Below, piece by piece: positions 20,462 through 29,835 of a stretch of 64,000 nt of DNA. Every line of letters starts with the position of its first letter. Position 1 is the first letter of the stretch. This stretch comes from a bacterium (GTDB lineage Bacteria > Zhuqueibacterota > Zhuqueibacteria > Residuimicrobiales > Krinioviventaceae). The position numbers and the translations under genes are program-made. Below the pieces are notes generated by a model. That model was not told the origin of the DNA. It saw nothing but the letters and a program-made list of their open reading frames with translations, and ran no database searches. The stretch lies in assembly GCA_029561455.1 (NCBI GenBank), contig JAKQIY010000006.1, positions 142,860 through 206,859 on the forward strand, in the 5' to 3' direction.

Positions 20462-22951
20462 ATGAAGAAAATCTGTTTTCCGCTATTCCTGATGTGTATC
20501 CTGTCGGTTCATGCAGGGTACGCCGGTATAACCGGCACACTGGCCGGTAAAGTATTTGAGAAAGGCACCAATGAACCTTTACCCGGTACAAATATTATTT
20601 TAACAGGTACCACGCTGGGCGCTGCCGCTGATGAAAAAGGCTTTTTCCTGGTTAACAATATTCCAGCCGGCAAATATAATATACGGGTGGAAATGATCGG
20701 CTACAGAACATTGATCGTGGAAGATGTCACTATCCTCATGGATCTGCGCACGTCTTTACAGCTCGAACTGGAAGAAACCGTACTGGAAATGGAAGAGATC
20801 ACCGTTACGGCGCATTCTTCCATGATCCAGAAAGATGTTACGGCTACTACACATTTCATCAATCGCCAGGAAATAACCCGGCTGCCGGTGCTCTCTTTTA
20901 CCGATATTGTCGATATTCAGCCGGGAGTTGCCGCCGGTCATATCCGCGGCGGTCGTGAGAGCGAAGTATTATATATGGTAGACGGATTTCCAATCCAGGA
21001 AGTGATCGAAGGCAAAGTAGGTACGGAATTACCCATGACATCGATCATTGATATGACCGTACAAACCGGCGGTTTTAACGCCGAATATGGCAATGCCATG
21101 TCCGGAGTCGTGAACATTCTTACCCAGGATGGCGGCGAAAAGCTGGAAGCTATGACTGAATTCTCGATGCAAAAATTTCAGTCCATGCGTAATCCCTGGC
21201 GTGACCGGAAAAACGATGCGGACTGGATCAGTGAAATGTACCTGGGTGGTCCTCTGTTTACCCAAAAATTAAAATTTTATGTGGCCGGTGATGTGCGCGC
21301 TCCCCATACCCGCTGGAAACGAGAAGAATTCGGTCAGCGCATGATGATCTATAACTCCAAAAACGGTTGGAACATGAACCTGAACGGTAAACTGACTTGG
21401 GCGGCGTCCAATTCTTTTAAAATCAGAATTCAGGGCTTGTTGTCACTATGGGACTGGCAAGAATATGATCACAAATGGAGTAAAAATCTCGCTGTTTTGC
21501 CGGATCGGTCCAAAAAGAGCTACCGCACCAGTATAGCGCTTACCCATACACTCAGTCCTACCACTTTTTACGAATTGCGGTTGAGCCGGTACGATGTATT
21601 AAAATCCATTTATGGCGCTTCATCTATTGATATGGCAGGCGTGGAATATGAAAACAACGATCCCACCAGTTGGGTCATCGCCGGTGATTATCCCTGGTGG
21701 CTCGATCACCAGGAAATTCACAATACCGCCAAATTTGATTTCACATCACAACTGAACAATTACCACCAGCTTAAAGCCGGTCTTGAATTTGTATATTATG
21801 ACCTGTACAAAAAAAATGTACAGAGAATGGAAGTAAAAACATACGACCCGCAATTTCCACAGTATATCTCGTATGATACGGAATATCATTACTATCCCAA
21901 CCGCGGCGCCGCTTATGTACAGGACAAGATAGATTATGACGGGATGATTATAAATGTGGGCATACGCTATGACTATTTAGACCCCAGAGCACAGCGCCCT
22001 GCCCTGGAAGAAAAGGTCTATGGCCAGCGCCATACCTGGATCATTAACCAGGATAAAAAAGAACAGGCCTCCTTGAAACACCAGTTCAGCCCCCGGGTAG
22101 GTATTGCCATACCGATGGGCCCCGACCAGGAACTGCATGTTAATTATGGCTGGTTCTTCCAAATGCCGCTCTTTGATTACCTGTACACCAATTCGAACCT
22201 GAACCTGGCCGAAGGCTTTTCCCCGCTTGGCGATCCGGACCTGAAACCCTCCCGCACCATTTCTTATGAGGTCAGTTATAAAAACCAGATCAGGGAAAAA
22301 ACCCTGTTCGATTTTACCGTTTTTAATAAAGAGGTCAGCAACCTGGTCGATAATAACACTTACCTGGACAAGCAAAAAAATTCCCTCACCGGCACCGGTT
22401 ATTCCCGTTTCGTTAACCTGGAATTTGTCAATATCTGGGGCACTGAAATATATTTAAAACGGGACGTCAGCCAGTTCCTCTCCGGCAAGGTCAGCTATAC
22501 CTACATGGTCGCTAAAGGCACAGGGTCGGAAAACACTGAAAAATTCAACTGGATCACCAAAGACACCAAAGTACCGATCAGCGAATATTATCTAAGCTGG
22601 GATCAACGTCATACCCTGGTGACCAATATTGATTTTCGCAAACCCGATAACTGGGGTGTAAATTTATTGTGGCGCTGGAACAGTCCGCTGCCCTGGACCG
22701 AATACCGTGGCGTTGCCACAGAACCGAATAATAATCGCATGCATGTCATTACCAGCCTGGATATCCGGTTGAATAAAGACTTTATTATTGCAAATTATCC
22801 GGTCTCCCTGTTTGCCGAATTTATAAATGTTTTTGACCGCAAAAACCTGCTCTGGCAAGACTCTGAAGGCCGAGAAGGCGGTTATTTGAATGATCCAGGC
22901 GCCTGGGATGAACGGTATTGTTACCGCCTGGGTTTTAATGCAAAATTTTAA
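20462..22951 (+). CDS. TonB-dependent receptor family outer-membrane protein with an N-terminal carboxypeptidase-regulatory-like domain.
   Basis: There is a signal peptide. A CarboxypepD_reg-like beta-sandwich is present (GKVFEKGTNEPLPGTNIILTGTTLGAAADEKGFFLVNNIPAGKYNIRVEMIGY). A plug-like segment follows (ITVTA...IQKDVTATTHFINRQEITRLP...FTDIVDIQPGVA). The long, beta-rich C-terminus ends in ...RLGFNAKF, an OMP-style terminal Phe. Confidence 0.7.
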   Translation: MKKICFPLFLMCILSVHAGYAGITGTLAGKVFEKGTNEPLPGTNIILTGTTLGAAADEKGFFLVNNIPAGKYNIRVEMIGYRTLIVEDVTILMDLRTSLQLELEETVLEMEEITVTAHSSMIQKDVTATTHFINRQEITRLPVLSFTDIVDIQPGVAAGHIRGGRESEVLYMVDGFPIQEVIEGKVGTELPMTSIIDMTVQTGGFNAEYGNAMSGVVNILTQDGGEKLEAMTEFSMQKFQSMRNPWRDRKNDADWISEMYLGGPLFTQKLKFYVAGDVRAPHTRWKREEFGQRMMIYNSKNGWNMNLNGKLTWAASNSFKIRIQGLLSLWDWQEYDHKWSKNLAVLPDRSKKSYRTSIALTHTLSPTTFYELRLSRYDVLKSIYGASSIDMAGVEYENNDPTSWVIAGDYPWWLDHQEIHNTAKFDFTSQLNNYHQLKAGLEFVYYDLYKKNVQRMEVKTYDPQFPQYISYDTEYHYYPNRGAAYVQDKIDYDGMIINVGIRYDYLDPRAQRPALEEKVYGQRHTWIINQDKKEQASLKHQFSPRVGIAIPMGPDQELHVNYGWFFQMPLFDYLYTNSNLNLAEGFSPLGDPDLKPSRTISYEVSYKNQIREKTLFDFTVFNKEVSNLVDNNTYLDKQKNSLTGTGYSRFVNLEFVNIWGTEIYLKRDVSQFLSGKVSYTYMVAKGTGSENTEKFNWITKDTKVPISEYYLSWDQRHTLVTNIDFRKPDNWGVNLLWRWNSPLPWTEYRGVATEPNNNRMHVITSLDIRLNKDFIIANYPVSLFAEFINVFDRKNLLWQDSEGREGGYLNDPGAWDERYCYRLGFNAKF

Positions 22952-22963
22952 CATGGTAACTCT

Positions 22964-23971
22964 ATGGTAAAAACCCGTAACATGTTGTTTTTTATTCTGC
23001 TCACTACCCTTTCCTGCTGGAACAGACAAGATCATGACGTCACTCGTCCGGTTATTCCGCACTATTATTTTAATGGAACCGCGGTCGGTTATGATTCGGG
23101 GGAATCGCTGGAGGGTATTATTGTAGAACTGGCCGCCACCAAAATGTTGTATGATATCCAATTTTCTACACAGACCGATACTACGGACAGCAGCGGTCAT
23201 TTTTCATTCGACCCGGTCTATCCCGGTTATTATACCTGGAAAGTCAAAACCGACGGCTGCTGGCTTGCCAAACAAAAGCTGGAAATTGCCCATCACGACA
23301 GCTCTGCTATTATCCAGATCCCACAGCTCTTTTACGCCAGGGATTTTGGACGTCTTCCTGGTAGCGCACATCCTGCGCTGGCAATTAATGGTTCTACCGC
23401 ATGGTTAAACGAATTTTGGAGAGCAGGGGAAGATACCCCGCCATTTATAACTTCTGATCTTGTGCGGGTCTATAAACAAAAAAACCAGGTTTGGTTTTTT
23501 GAAAACTGGTATATTTCTCCTTTTTATCACAGGAATCTGACATCGATGACTTTTAGTCGGGAATTTTTATACGCCTGTGTCGCTCCGGACACATTGTACA
23601 TCGTTAACGTTTTAGATTGCCAGCTTTCCGGTAAATTCCAGCTATCGCAAAATATCACCGGGGTGGCGTTTAATCCACAGCAAAACTGTATTTATACCTG
23701 CTCAAAAAATAATTTGTACCGGCATGAAACGGAACAGCCTGTGAATATTGTGCAAAGCTGGAATTTTGACGATCAAACCCTCTCGGCTATTGCTTATTAC
23801 AAAGGTATTTACACCTATGATAACAACAGCTACCTGCTGAAAAAATATAATACCGGAATGAATATAGAATCAACATTTGCGCTTATCGATTCTGATTCGC
23901 AGAAACAAATTGCGAATATTTACGATATGAGTTTTGACGGTTACGGGCAGTTGTGGATTACTTTGCCATGA
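22964..23971 (+). CDS. Lipoprotein of an uncharacterised multi-copy family, copy 1 of the tandem array.
   Basis: A lipobox is present (LTTLSCW). A transthyretin/carboxypeptidase-regulatory-like N-domain is present (FNGTAVGYDSGESLEGIIVEL...SDSSGHFSFDPVYPGYYTWKV). The conserved C-terminal signature is YTCSKNNLYRHETEQP.NIVQSWNF...AYYKGIYTYDNNSYLLKKY...NIYDMSFDGYGQLWITLP. Confidence 0.75.
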   Translation: MVKTRNMLFFILLTTLSCWNRQDHDVTRPVIPHYYFNGTAVGYDSGESLEGIIVELAATKMLYDIQFSTQTDTTDSSGHFSFDPVYPGYYTWKVKTDGCWLAKQKLEIAHHDSSAIIQIPQLFYARDFGRLPGSAHPALAINGSTAWLNEFWRAGEDTPPFITSDLVRVYKQKNQVWFFENWYISPFYHRNLTSMTFSREFLYACVAPDTLYIVNVLDCQLSGKFQLSQNITGVAFNPQQNCIYTCSKNNLYRHETEQPVNIVQSWNFDDQTLSAIAYYKGIYTYDNNSYLLKKYNTGMNIESTFALIDSDSQKQIANIYDMSFDGYGQLWITLP

Positions 23972-24020
23972 AAGAATTATACTTTTCATAAACGCTACAT
24001 GAAATTGCAAAAGAGGGGTT

Positions 24021-25055
24021 ATGAAAGTAAAAATAAAAATTATAATCATTGTTGGTTTGTTACCCATAATACTTAATTGCTGGGATAAACAAAGTCATGA
24101 TATTACCAGGCCGCCAGTTCCACATTATATATTCAACGGAACAACAGTCGGATATAATTCGGGGGAATCGCTGGAGGGCATTATTGTAGAGCTGGAAGCC
24201 ACCAAAATGTTGTATGATATCCAATTCTCTACACAAACCGATACTTCGGACAGCAGCGGCCATTTCTCATTCGATCCGGTCTATCCCGGTTATTATACTT
24301 GGAAAGTCAAAACTGACGGCTGCTGGCTTGCCAAACAAAAGATGGAAATTACTCATCACGACAGCTCTGCTATTATCCAAATTCCACGGCTTTTTTACGC
24401 CAGGGATTTCAAAAGTCTCCCAGGCAGCGAACATCCGGCGCTGGCAATTTATGGTTCTACCGCATGGTGTAACGAATTTTGGATTGCAAAAGAAGATACT
24501 CCCCCTTTTATTACTTCTGATCTTGTGTGGGTTTATAAACAATCTAATAAAACCTGGTTTGCAGATAATTATTATATCTCCCCGTTTTACCATCGGAATT
24601 TAACTTCAATGGCTTTTGGACGCGAGGTTGTATATGCCTGTGTCGCTCCGGACACATTGTACATCGTTAACGTTTTAGATTGCCAGCTTTCCGGTAAATA
24701 CCAGCTATCGCAAAACATTACCGGGGTGGCGTATCATGCATCGCAAAACTGTATTTATACCTGCTCAAAAAATAATTTGTTCCGTCATGAAACCGAACAG
24801 CCGATAAATATTGTACAAAGCTGGAATTTTAACGATCAAACCCTCTCGGCTATTGCCTATTACAAAGGGTTTTATACTTTTGATAACAACAGTTACCTAT
24901 TAAAAAAGTATGATACCAGTATGAATATAGATTCAACTTTTGCGCTTATCGATTCTGATTCACAGAAACAAATTGCGAATATTTATGATATGAGTTTTGA
25001 CAGTTACGGGCAATTATGGTTTACTTTACCATTAAAGAATTATTCATTTCATTAA
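24021..25055 (+). CDS. Lipoprotein of the same family, copy 2.
   Basis: The signal is MKVKIKIIIIVGLLPIILNCW. Long stretches of DNA are more than 90% identical to copy 1. It has the same C-terminal signature (...NIYDMSFDSYGQLWFTLP). Confidence 0.75.
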   Translation: MKVKIKIIIIVGLLPIILNCWDKQSHDITRPPVPHYIFNGTTVGYNSGESLEGIIVELEATKMLYDIQFSTQTDTSDSSGHFSFDPVYPGYYTWKVKTDGCWLAKQKMEITHHDSSAIIQIPRLFYARDFKSLPGSEHPALAIYGSTAWCNEFWIAKEDTPPFITSDLVWVYKQSNKTWFADNYYISPFYHRNLTSMAFGREVVYACVAPDTLYIVNVLDCQLSGKYQLSQNITGVAYHASQNCIYTCSKNNLFRHETEQPINIVQSWNFNDQTLSAIAYYKGFYTFDNNSYLLKKYDTSMNIDSTFALIDSDSQKQIANIYDMSFDSYGQLWFTLPLKNYSFH

Positions 25056-25085
25056 CACAACTCCAAAAGCTGAAAAAGGGCTGTT

Positions 25086-26078
25086 ATGAAAGTAAAAATA
25101 AAACTAGTGGTCATTATTGGGCTATTGCAATTACTTAATTGCTGGAAAAAGCAAGATCACGATATAACACGTCCAATTATTCCACACTATATTTTTAATG
25201 GTACGATGGTTGATTATGATAGCGGTGAAAAACTGCCCAACATTATTATAAAATTAACAGCTTCCAGAATGCTTTATGATGTTAAATTTCCCACCCAGTC
25301 CGACACTTCCGACAGTAATGGAAATTTTTCTTTCGACCCGGTTTACCCCGGTTATTATACCTGGAGGGTGCAAAAAGAAGGGTGTTGGCTCAATGAAAAA
25401 AAACTGGAAATAGTGCATCGAGACTCTACATCTGTTATTGCGGTTCCGCACCTTTTTTATGGAAAAGTTTTTAAATTTCGCTCCAGTTATCCTGTTTTTG
25501 CTATTAATGGCACAAAGGCATGGTTCAATGTATATTCAATGACGCCTTATTTTAAAAGAGCGCAAATGTTTATCTTGTATGTTCTTACTAACGGAGTGTG
25601 GTTTGAAGAGGGTTATTACCTTTCACCTTTACGTAATAAAAAAGCTACATCTATGGCTTTTGGGAGAGATGCTTTATATGTGTGTATTGCACCGAATACA
25701 TTGTATTTAATAAATACTTTGGACGGAACCCTTATAGGTCAATACCAGATATCGCAAAATATTACAGCAGTAGCATATCACCCGCCACAAAATTGTATTT
25801 ACACCTGTTCAAAAAACAATTTATACCGGCACGAATCTGAGCAGCCCATTAATATAGTATCAAGTTGGAATTTTGAAAATCATACTTTGTCGGCTTTAGC
25901 CTATTATAAGGGTATATACACATACGATAACACAAATTACCTGTTAAGAAAATATAATACGGAAATGAATGTAGAGATCACATACGCATTTGTTGATTCA
26001 GATTTAAAAATTCAAATTCTCAATATTTACGATATGAGTTTTGACGGTTACGGGCAGTTGTGGGTTACATTGCTATGA
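25086..26078 (+). CDS. Lipoprotein of the same family, copy 3.
   Basis: The signal is MKVKIKLVVIIGLLQLLNCW. The N-domain is a variant (YTWRVQKEGCWLNEKKLEI). The C-terminus is ...NIYDMSFDGYGQLWVTLL. Confidence 0.75.
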   Translation: MKVKIKLVVIIGLLQLLNCWKKQDHDITRPIIPHYIFNGTMVDYDSGEKLPNIIIKLTASRMLYDVKFPTQSDTSDSNGNFSFDPVYPGYYTWRVQKEGCWLNEKKLEIVHRDSTSVIAVPHLFYGKVFKFRSSYPVFAINGTKAWFNVYSMTPYFKRAQMFILYVLTNGVWFEEGYYLSPLRNKKATSMAFGRDALYVCIAPNTLYLINTLDGTLIGQYQISQNITAVAYHPPQNCIYTCSKNNLYRHESEQPINIVSSWNFENHTLSALAYYKGIYTYDNTNYLLRKYNTEMNVEITYAFVDSDLKIQILNIYDMSFDGYGQLWVTLL

Positions 26079-26128
26079 TAGAGTTATTAATTTTTAAATA
26101 CAACTCCAAAAGCTGAAAAAGGACTGTT

Positions 26129-27127
26129 ATGAAAGTAAAAATAAAAATTATCGTCATTATTGGTTTGCTGTCCCTGGTATTTAATTGCTGGGACAAACAA
26201 AACCATGATATTACCAGGCCCATAGTTCCACATTACATATTTAATGGAACCGCGGTCGATTATGATTCGGGGGAATCGCTGGAGGGCATTATTGTCGAAC
26301 TGGCCGCCACCAAAATGTTATATGATATTCAATTTTTTACACAAACCGATACGACCGACAGCAGCGGTCATTTTTCATTCGACATGGTCTACCCCGGATA
26401 TTATACCTGGAGAGTGCAAAAAGAAGGGTGTTGGCTCAATGAAAAAAAACTGGAAATAAAGCATCGGGACTCTACATCTGTTATCGCTGTTCCGCACCTT
26501 TTATATGGAAAAATTTTCGATCTTCGTGGCTCCAGTCATCCTGCTTTTGCTATTAATGGCACAAAGGCCTGGTTCAGTACTTATTCCATGACGCCTTATT
26601 TTAAAAGAGCGCAAATGTTTTTCGTATATACTCTTACTAACAGAGGCTGGTTTGAAGAGGGTTATTACCTTTCACCTTTATACAAAAAAAACGTTACCTC
26701 AATGGCCTTTGGAAGAGATGCTTTATATGTATGTGTTGCGCCGGATACATTGTATTTAATAAATACTATGGACGGAAGTCTTACAGGTAAATACCAAATG
26801 AAACAAAATATTACAGCAGTAGCATATCACCCGCCACAAAATTGTATTTATACCTGTTCTAAGAATAATTTATACCGGCACGAATCAGAGCAGCCCATTA
26901 ATATAGTATCAAGTTGGAATTTTGAAAATCATACATTGTCGGCTATCGCCTATTATAAAGGTATATACACGTATGATAACACAAATTACCTGTTAAGAAA
27001 ATATTCTACGGAAATGAATGTAGAAATTACTTATGCACTTGTTGATGCAGATTCAAAAATTCAAATTCTAAATATTTATGATATGAGTTTTGATGGCTAT
27101 GGGATGTTGTGGGTTACTTTGCCTTGA
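26129..27127 (+). CDS. Lipoprotein of the same family, copy 4 (mosaic).
   Basis: The first ~90 residues are near-identical at the DNA level to copy 1 (GESLEGIIVELAATKMLYDIQF.TQTDTTDSSGHFSFD). The remainder follows copy 3 (YTWRVQKEGCWLNEKKLEI.HRDSTSVIAVPHL...). The upstream 45 bp are near-identical to those upstream of copy 3. Confidence 0.75.
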   Translation: MKVKIKIIVIIGLLSLVFNCWDKQNHDITRPIVPHYIFNGTAVDYDSGESLEGIIVELAATKMLYDIQFFTQTDTTDSSGHFSFDMVYPGYYTWRVQKEGCWLNEKKLEIKHRDSTSVIAVPHLLYGKIFDLRGSSHPAFAINGTKAWFSTYSMTPYFKRAQMFFVYTLTNRGWFEEGYYLSPLYKKNVTSMAFGRDALYVCVAPDTLYLINTMDGSLTGKYQMKQNITAVAYHPPQNCIYTCSKNNLYRHESEQPINIVSSWNFENHTLSAIAYYKGIYTYDNTNYLLRKYSTEMNVEITYALVDADSKIQILNIYDMSFDGYGMLWVTLP

Positions 27128-27174
27128 GTACATTTATTTTTATAAAAGCTACTTAAAATTGCAAAAGAGGGATT

Positions 27175-28215
27175 ATGAATGTAAAAATTAAAATTATAAT
27201 CATTATTGGGTTGTTACCCATAATATTCAATTGCTGGAAAAAACAGGGTAACGAAATAACCCGCCCTGCGGTGCCGCATTATCAGTTAAGCGGCACAACT
27301 CTTGATTATGACAGCGGAGAAATACTGCCTCACATTACAATTCAGGTAAAAGCCGTTACCATGCTTTATAGTGATGTAACTTTTACTGACGTTATAACCG
27401 AATCGGACAGCGTCGGAAAATTTATTTTTGATCCGATTTATCCCGGTAATTATGTGCTTGCTATAAATACTGAAAATGCCTGGCATTCCAGCAAAAACAT
27501 TGAAATTGCCCATTCTGACAGATCTATTGATCTTTTAATCCCGCAGGTGCAATTTGCCACCTATTTACCAAAAAGTTACCAAGCTTCAAACGATATGGAT
27601 ATTACAAAGGTAAAAAAAAATGCAGCTTTTTGTATTGATCAAAGTACCTGTTATATTAATTGTGCTCATGATCACTACCCGCTTCCACCAACTGAAATTT
27701 CAATCTTTAAAAAAGAATATATCAGGTGGGTTTATGAAAAGCCATTAAATCCGGGAATTGACTATGATTCATTTTTTAAAATGACCTGTGATTATAATAA
27801 TCTGTTAATACTGGCAAAAAACGATACTATTATACCTGTGAATAAATGGACTGGTTATGCAGGCAGAAAAATCAAACTAGCGGGGCTTGCAAGTTTGCAG
27901 GATTTAGTTTTTAACCAAACGGATAACTTTCTTTATGCATGCACTCCAACAGAAATACTGAAATTAAGTGCAACGGATTACTCAATTCTGGGTAGCTATC
28001 AGTTCCCAACCAGAAATTATGATGCAATAGCATGCAATAATACGATCTTTACTTTTGATAAAGCAGATTATTTACTCCGTCAGCACAACGCCAATATGCA
28101 AATTATAAAGACTTTTGTTATCATTAATTCTGTAGATATGAGCCAAATAACAAAGTTATATGATTTTGACTTTGATGGTCTAAAAAACCTTTGGGTTATG
28201 CCCTTGATAGAATAA
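27175..28215 (+). CDS. Lipoprotein of the same family, copy 5 (most divergent).
   Basis: The signal is MNVKIKIIIIIGLLPIIFNCW, and the signal plus upstream region are near-identical to copy 2. The body is divergent but keeps the family skeleton (PHYQLSGTTLDYDSGEILPHITIQV...IYPGNYVL...LYDFDFDGLKNLWVMPL). Confidence 0.7.
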   Translation: MNVKIKIIIIIGLLPIIFNCWKKQGNEITRPAVPHYQLSGTTLDYDSGEILPHITIQVKAVTMLYSDVTFTDVITESDSVGKFIFDPIYPGNYVLAINTENAWHSSKNIEIAHSDRSIDLLIPQVQFATYLPKSYQASNDMDITKVKKNAAFCIDQSTCYINCAHDHYPLPPTEISIFKKEYIRWVYEKPLNPGIDYDSFFKMTCDYNNLLILAKNDTIIPVNKWTGYAGRKIKLAGLASLQDLVFNQTDNFLYACTPTEILKLSATDYSILGSYQFPTRNYDAIACNNTIFTFDKADYLLRQHNANMQIIKTFVIINSVDMSQITKLYDFDFDGLKNLWVMPLIE

Positions 28216-28241
28216 AAGAAATAAATAAAGAACTCCTAATA

Positions 28242-29744
28242 TTATCGCCAATCCGCCATTTGGGCATTAGTATAAAGTTGTTTGCGGTTTTCACCGTTGC
28301 TGTCCATCACCCATACGGATGACGCTGTTGAATTATCATTTGCCACATTAGTAAAAAGGATCTTGCCGCCATCGGGAGACCACACCGGATCCAGATCGTT
28401 GGTGCCGGCCGTTTTCTTGGATGAGATATTTGTCGTATCGCCGCTGCTGATATTAACGACAATCAGCTGCGCATCCAGCATTCTGCCGCTGCTCACCTGG
28501 TGCCCGGCAACATCACGATAATAGACAATTTTGTCCCCGGCCGGTGAAAATGACGGATGCCCCATAATTCCCGGCAAATTTTCCACAACCAGGGTCAAAT
28601 CGCCGTTATCCGGATTGACCAGGTAAATTTCACTATCCCATTCCTGCTCGCCAATTGTCAAAGCAACAATTTTATTGCTGACAGAGGTCCAATCCAAATC
28701 CCGGAAATGTCGCCCATCCGGTGCGGTGGCTATTTGCTGTAACTGCCCGCCGGTGGCGTCGATCTGGTACAATTTATTATAGTTGGCGTACAAAATTTTC
28801 TGCCCGTTACCGGCCCAGCAAAATCCTCTCCCATAATTAAAATAACCATCCACGGGTGTGGTGGTAATTTTTTGCACATTTGCGCCGTCGCGGTTCATGG
28901 TATAAATATGCGTTACAATATCCCGATCAGATGTAAAAGCGATTTTATCTCTGGTGGGGCACAGTTTGGGATACCAGTCCCGGCCTACAGCCCAGGTAAG
29001 TAGAATAGAATCGGTTCCGGCTGTATTGCCGGAATATATGTTATAATCGCCATCGCTGTTGCCGGCAAATAATATCGGGTAATCCGGTAACGGGAGGGTG
29101 GTAAAACTCCAGGCCGGTCCGTTAATTTCCGTTCCGCTCAAATCGCGCGCTACGATCTGCCAGTGATACGTGGTATTGTATAAAAGCCGGTTTAACGCGT
29201 AACTTGTATCTTGCAATTGCGAGGAAATAAGTTGGAATGCCGAATTGCCATTGCCCAAATATATATCAAAGCTTAATGTATCGTCATCATCCGGGTCCCG
29301 GCTACTCCAGGTCAACGACAACGAGATCGGTTGATTGACGGCGCCGTTGGCGGGAACCGGTTTTGATGGAATTGTTGGCGCATTATTGGCGGCAGCGCTT
29401 TTCGTTAACAGGATAGTGGCGATAGCCGTCTTGTGCTGTTTTACTTCTACAGATACAGACCCGGATTTATACCCGGTTTTAACTGCTTTAACGATATATG
29501 TATTTTCGCTGATATCTGTAAGAAAAAATTTTCCATCAGCATCGGTTATCACCGCGTCGCTGGCCGGGGAGGTAGTTATACTTGCTCCTGCCACCGGTAA
29601 ATTACTCTCCGCATCCAGCACTTGCCCGTTTATAGCGCCATTAGTTTCAGGCTCTACCGGGTCTTCGGTACATGAAAACCACCCCGCCATACACACCAGT
29701 AATCCATAGCAAACTAGCTTGATTATGCCTTTTTCCAATATCAT
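28242..29744 (-). CDS. TolB-like (PD40/WD40-like beta-propeller) lipoprotein with an N-terminal carboxypeptidase-regulatory-like domain.
   Basis: A lipobox is present (MAGWFSCTED). A CarboxypepD_reg-like segment is present (INGQVLDAESNLPVAGASITTSP...DADGKFFLTDISENTYIVKAVKTGYK). Several PD40-like repeat units follow (IAFTSDRDIVTHIYTMNRDGANVQKIT; NGDLTLV...; GGKILFTN...SVWVMDSNGENRKQL). Confidence 0.55.
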   Translation of the reverse strand: MILEKGIIKLVCYGLLVCMAGWFSCTEDPVEPETNGAINGQVLDAESNLPVAGASITTSPASDAVITDADGKFFLTDISENTYIVKAVKTGYKSGSVSVEVKQHKTAIATILLTKSAAANNAPTIPSKPVPANGAVNQPISLSLTWSSRDPDDDDTLSFDIYLGNGNSAFQLISSQLQDTSYALNRLLYNTTYHWQIVARDLSGTEINGPAWSFTTLPLPDYPILFAGNSDGDYNIYSGNTAGTDSILLTWAVGRDWYPKLCPTRDKIAFTSDRDIVTHIYTMNRDGANVQKITTTPVDGYFNYGRGFCWAGNGQKILYANYNKLYQIDATGGQLQQIATAPDGRHFRDLDWTSVSNKIVALTIGEQEWDSEIYLVNPDNGDLTLVVENLPGIMGHPSFSPAGDKIVYYRDVAGHQVSSGRMLDAQLIVVNISSGDTTNISSKKTAGTNDLDPVWSPDGGKILFTNVANDNSTASSVWVMDSNGENRKQLYTNAQMADWR

Positions 29745-29835
29745 TGGCTTGCGTCCCTTCCCTCACATGTTTTTTATTGTCAAGATAATAAATTCCGGAT
29801 AATATGCAAAACATTTTTCACTTTATTAACAATTA

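Noticed and set aside
22964-28215. The lipoprotein array as SusD-like proteins, with the upstream receptor as SusC.
   Set aside because: SusD proteins are ~500-aa alpha-helical TPR folds. These are ~335-aa beta-rich proteins with a transthyretin-like N-domain and no SusD motifs, and the receptor lacks the SusC length and signature. Only the positional analogy holds.
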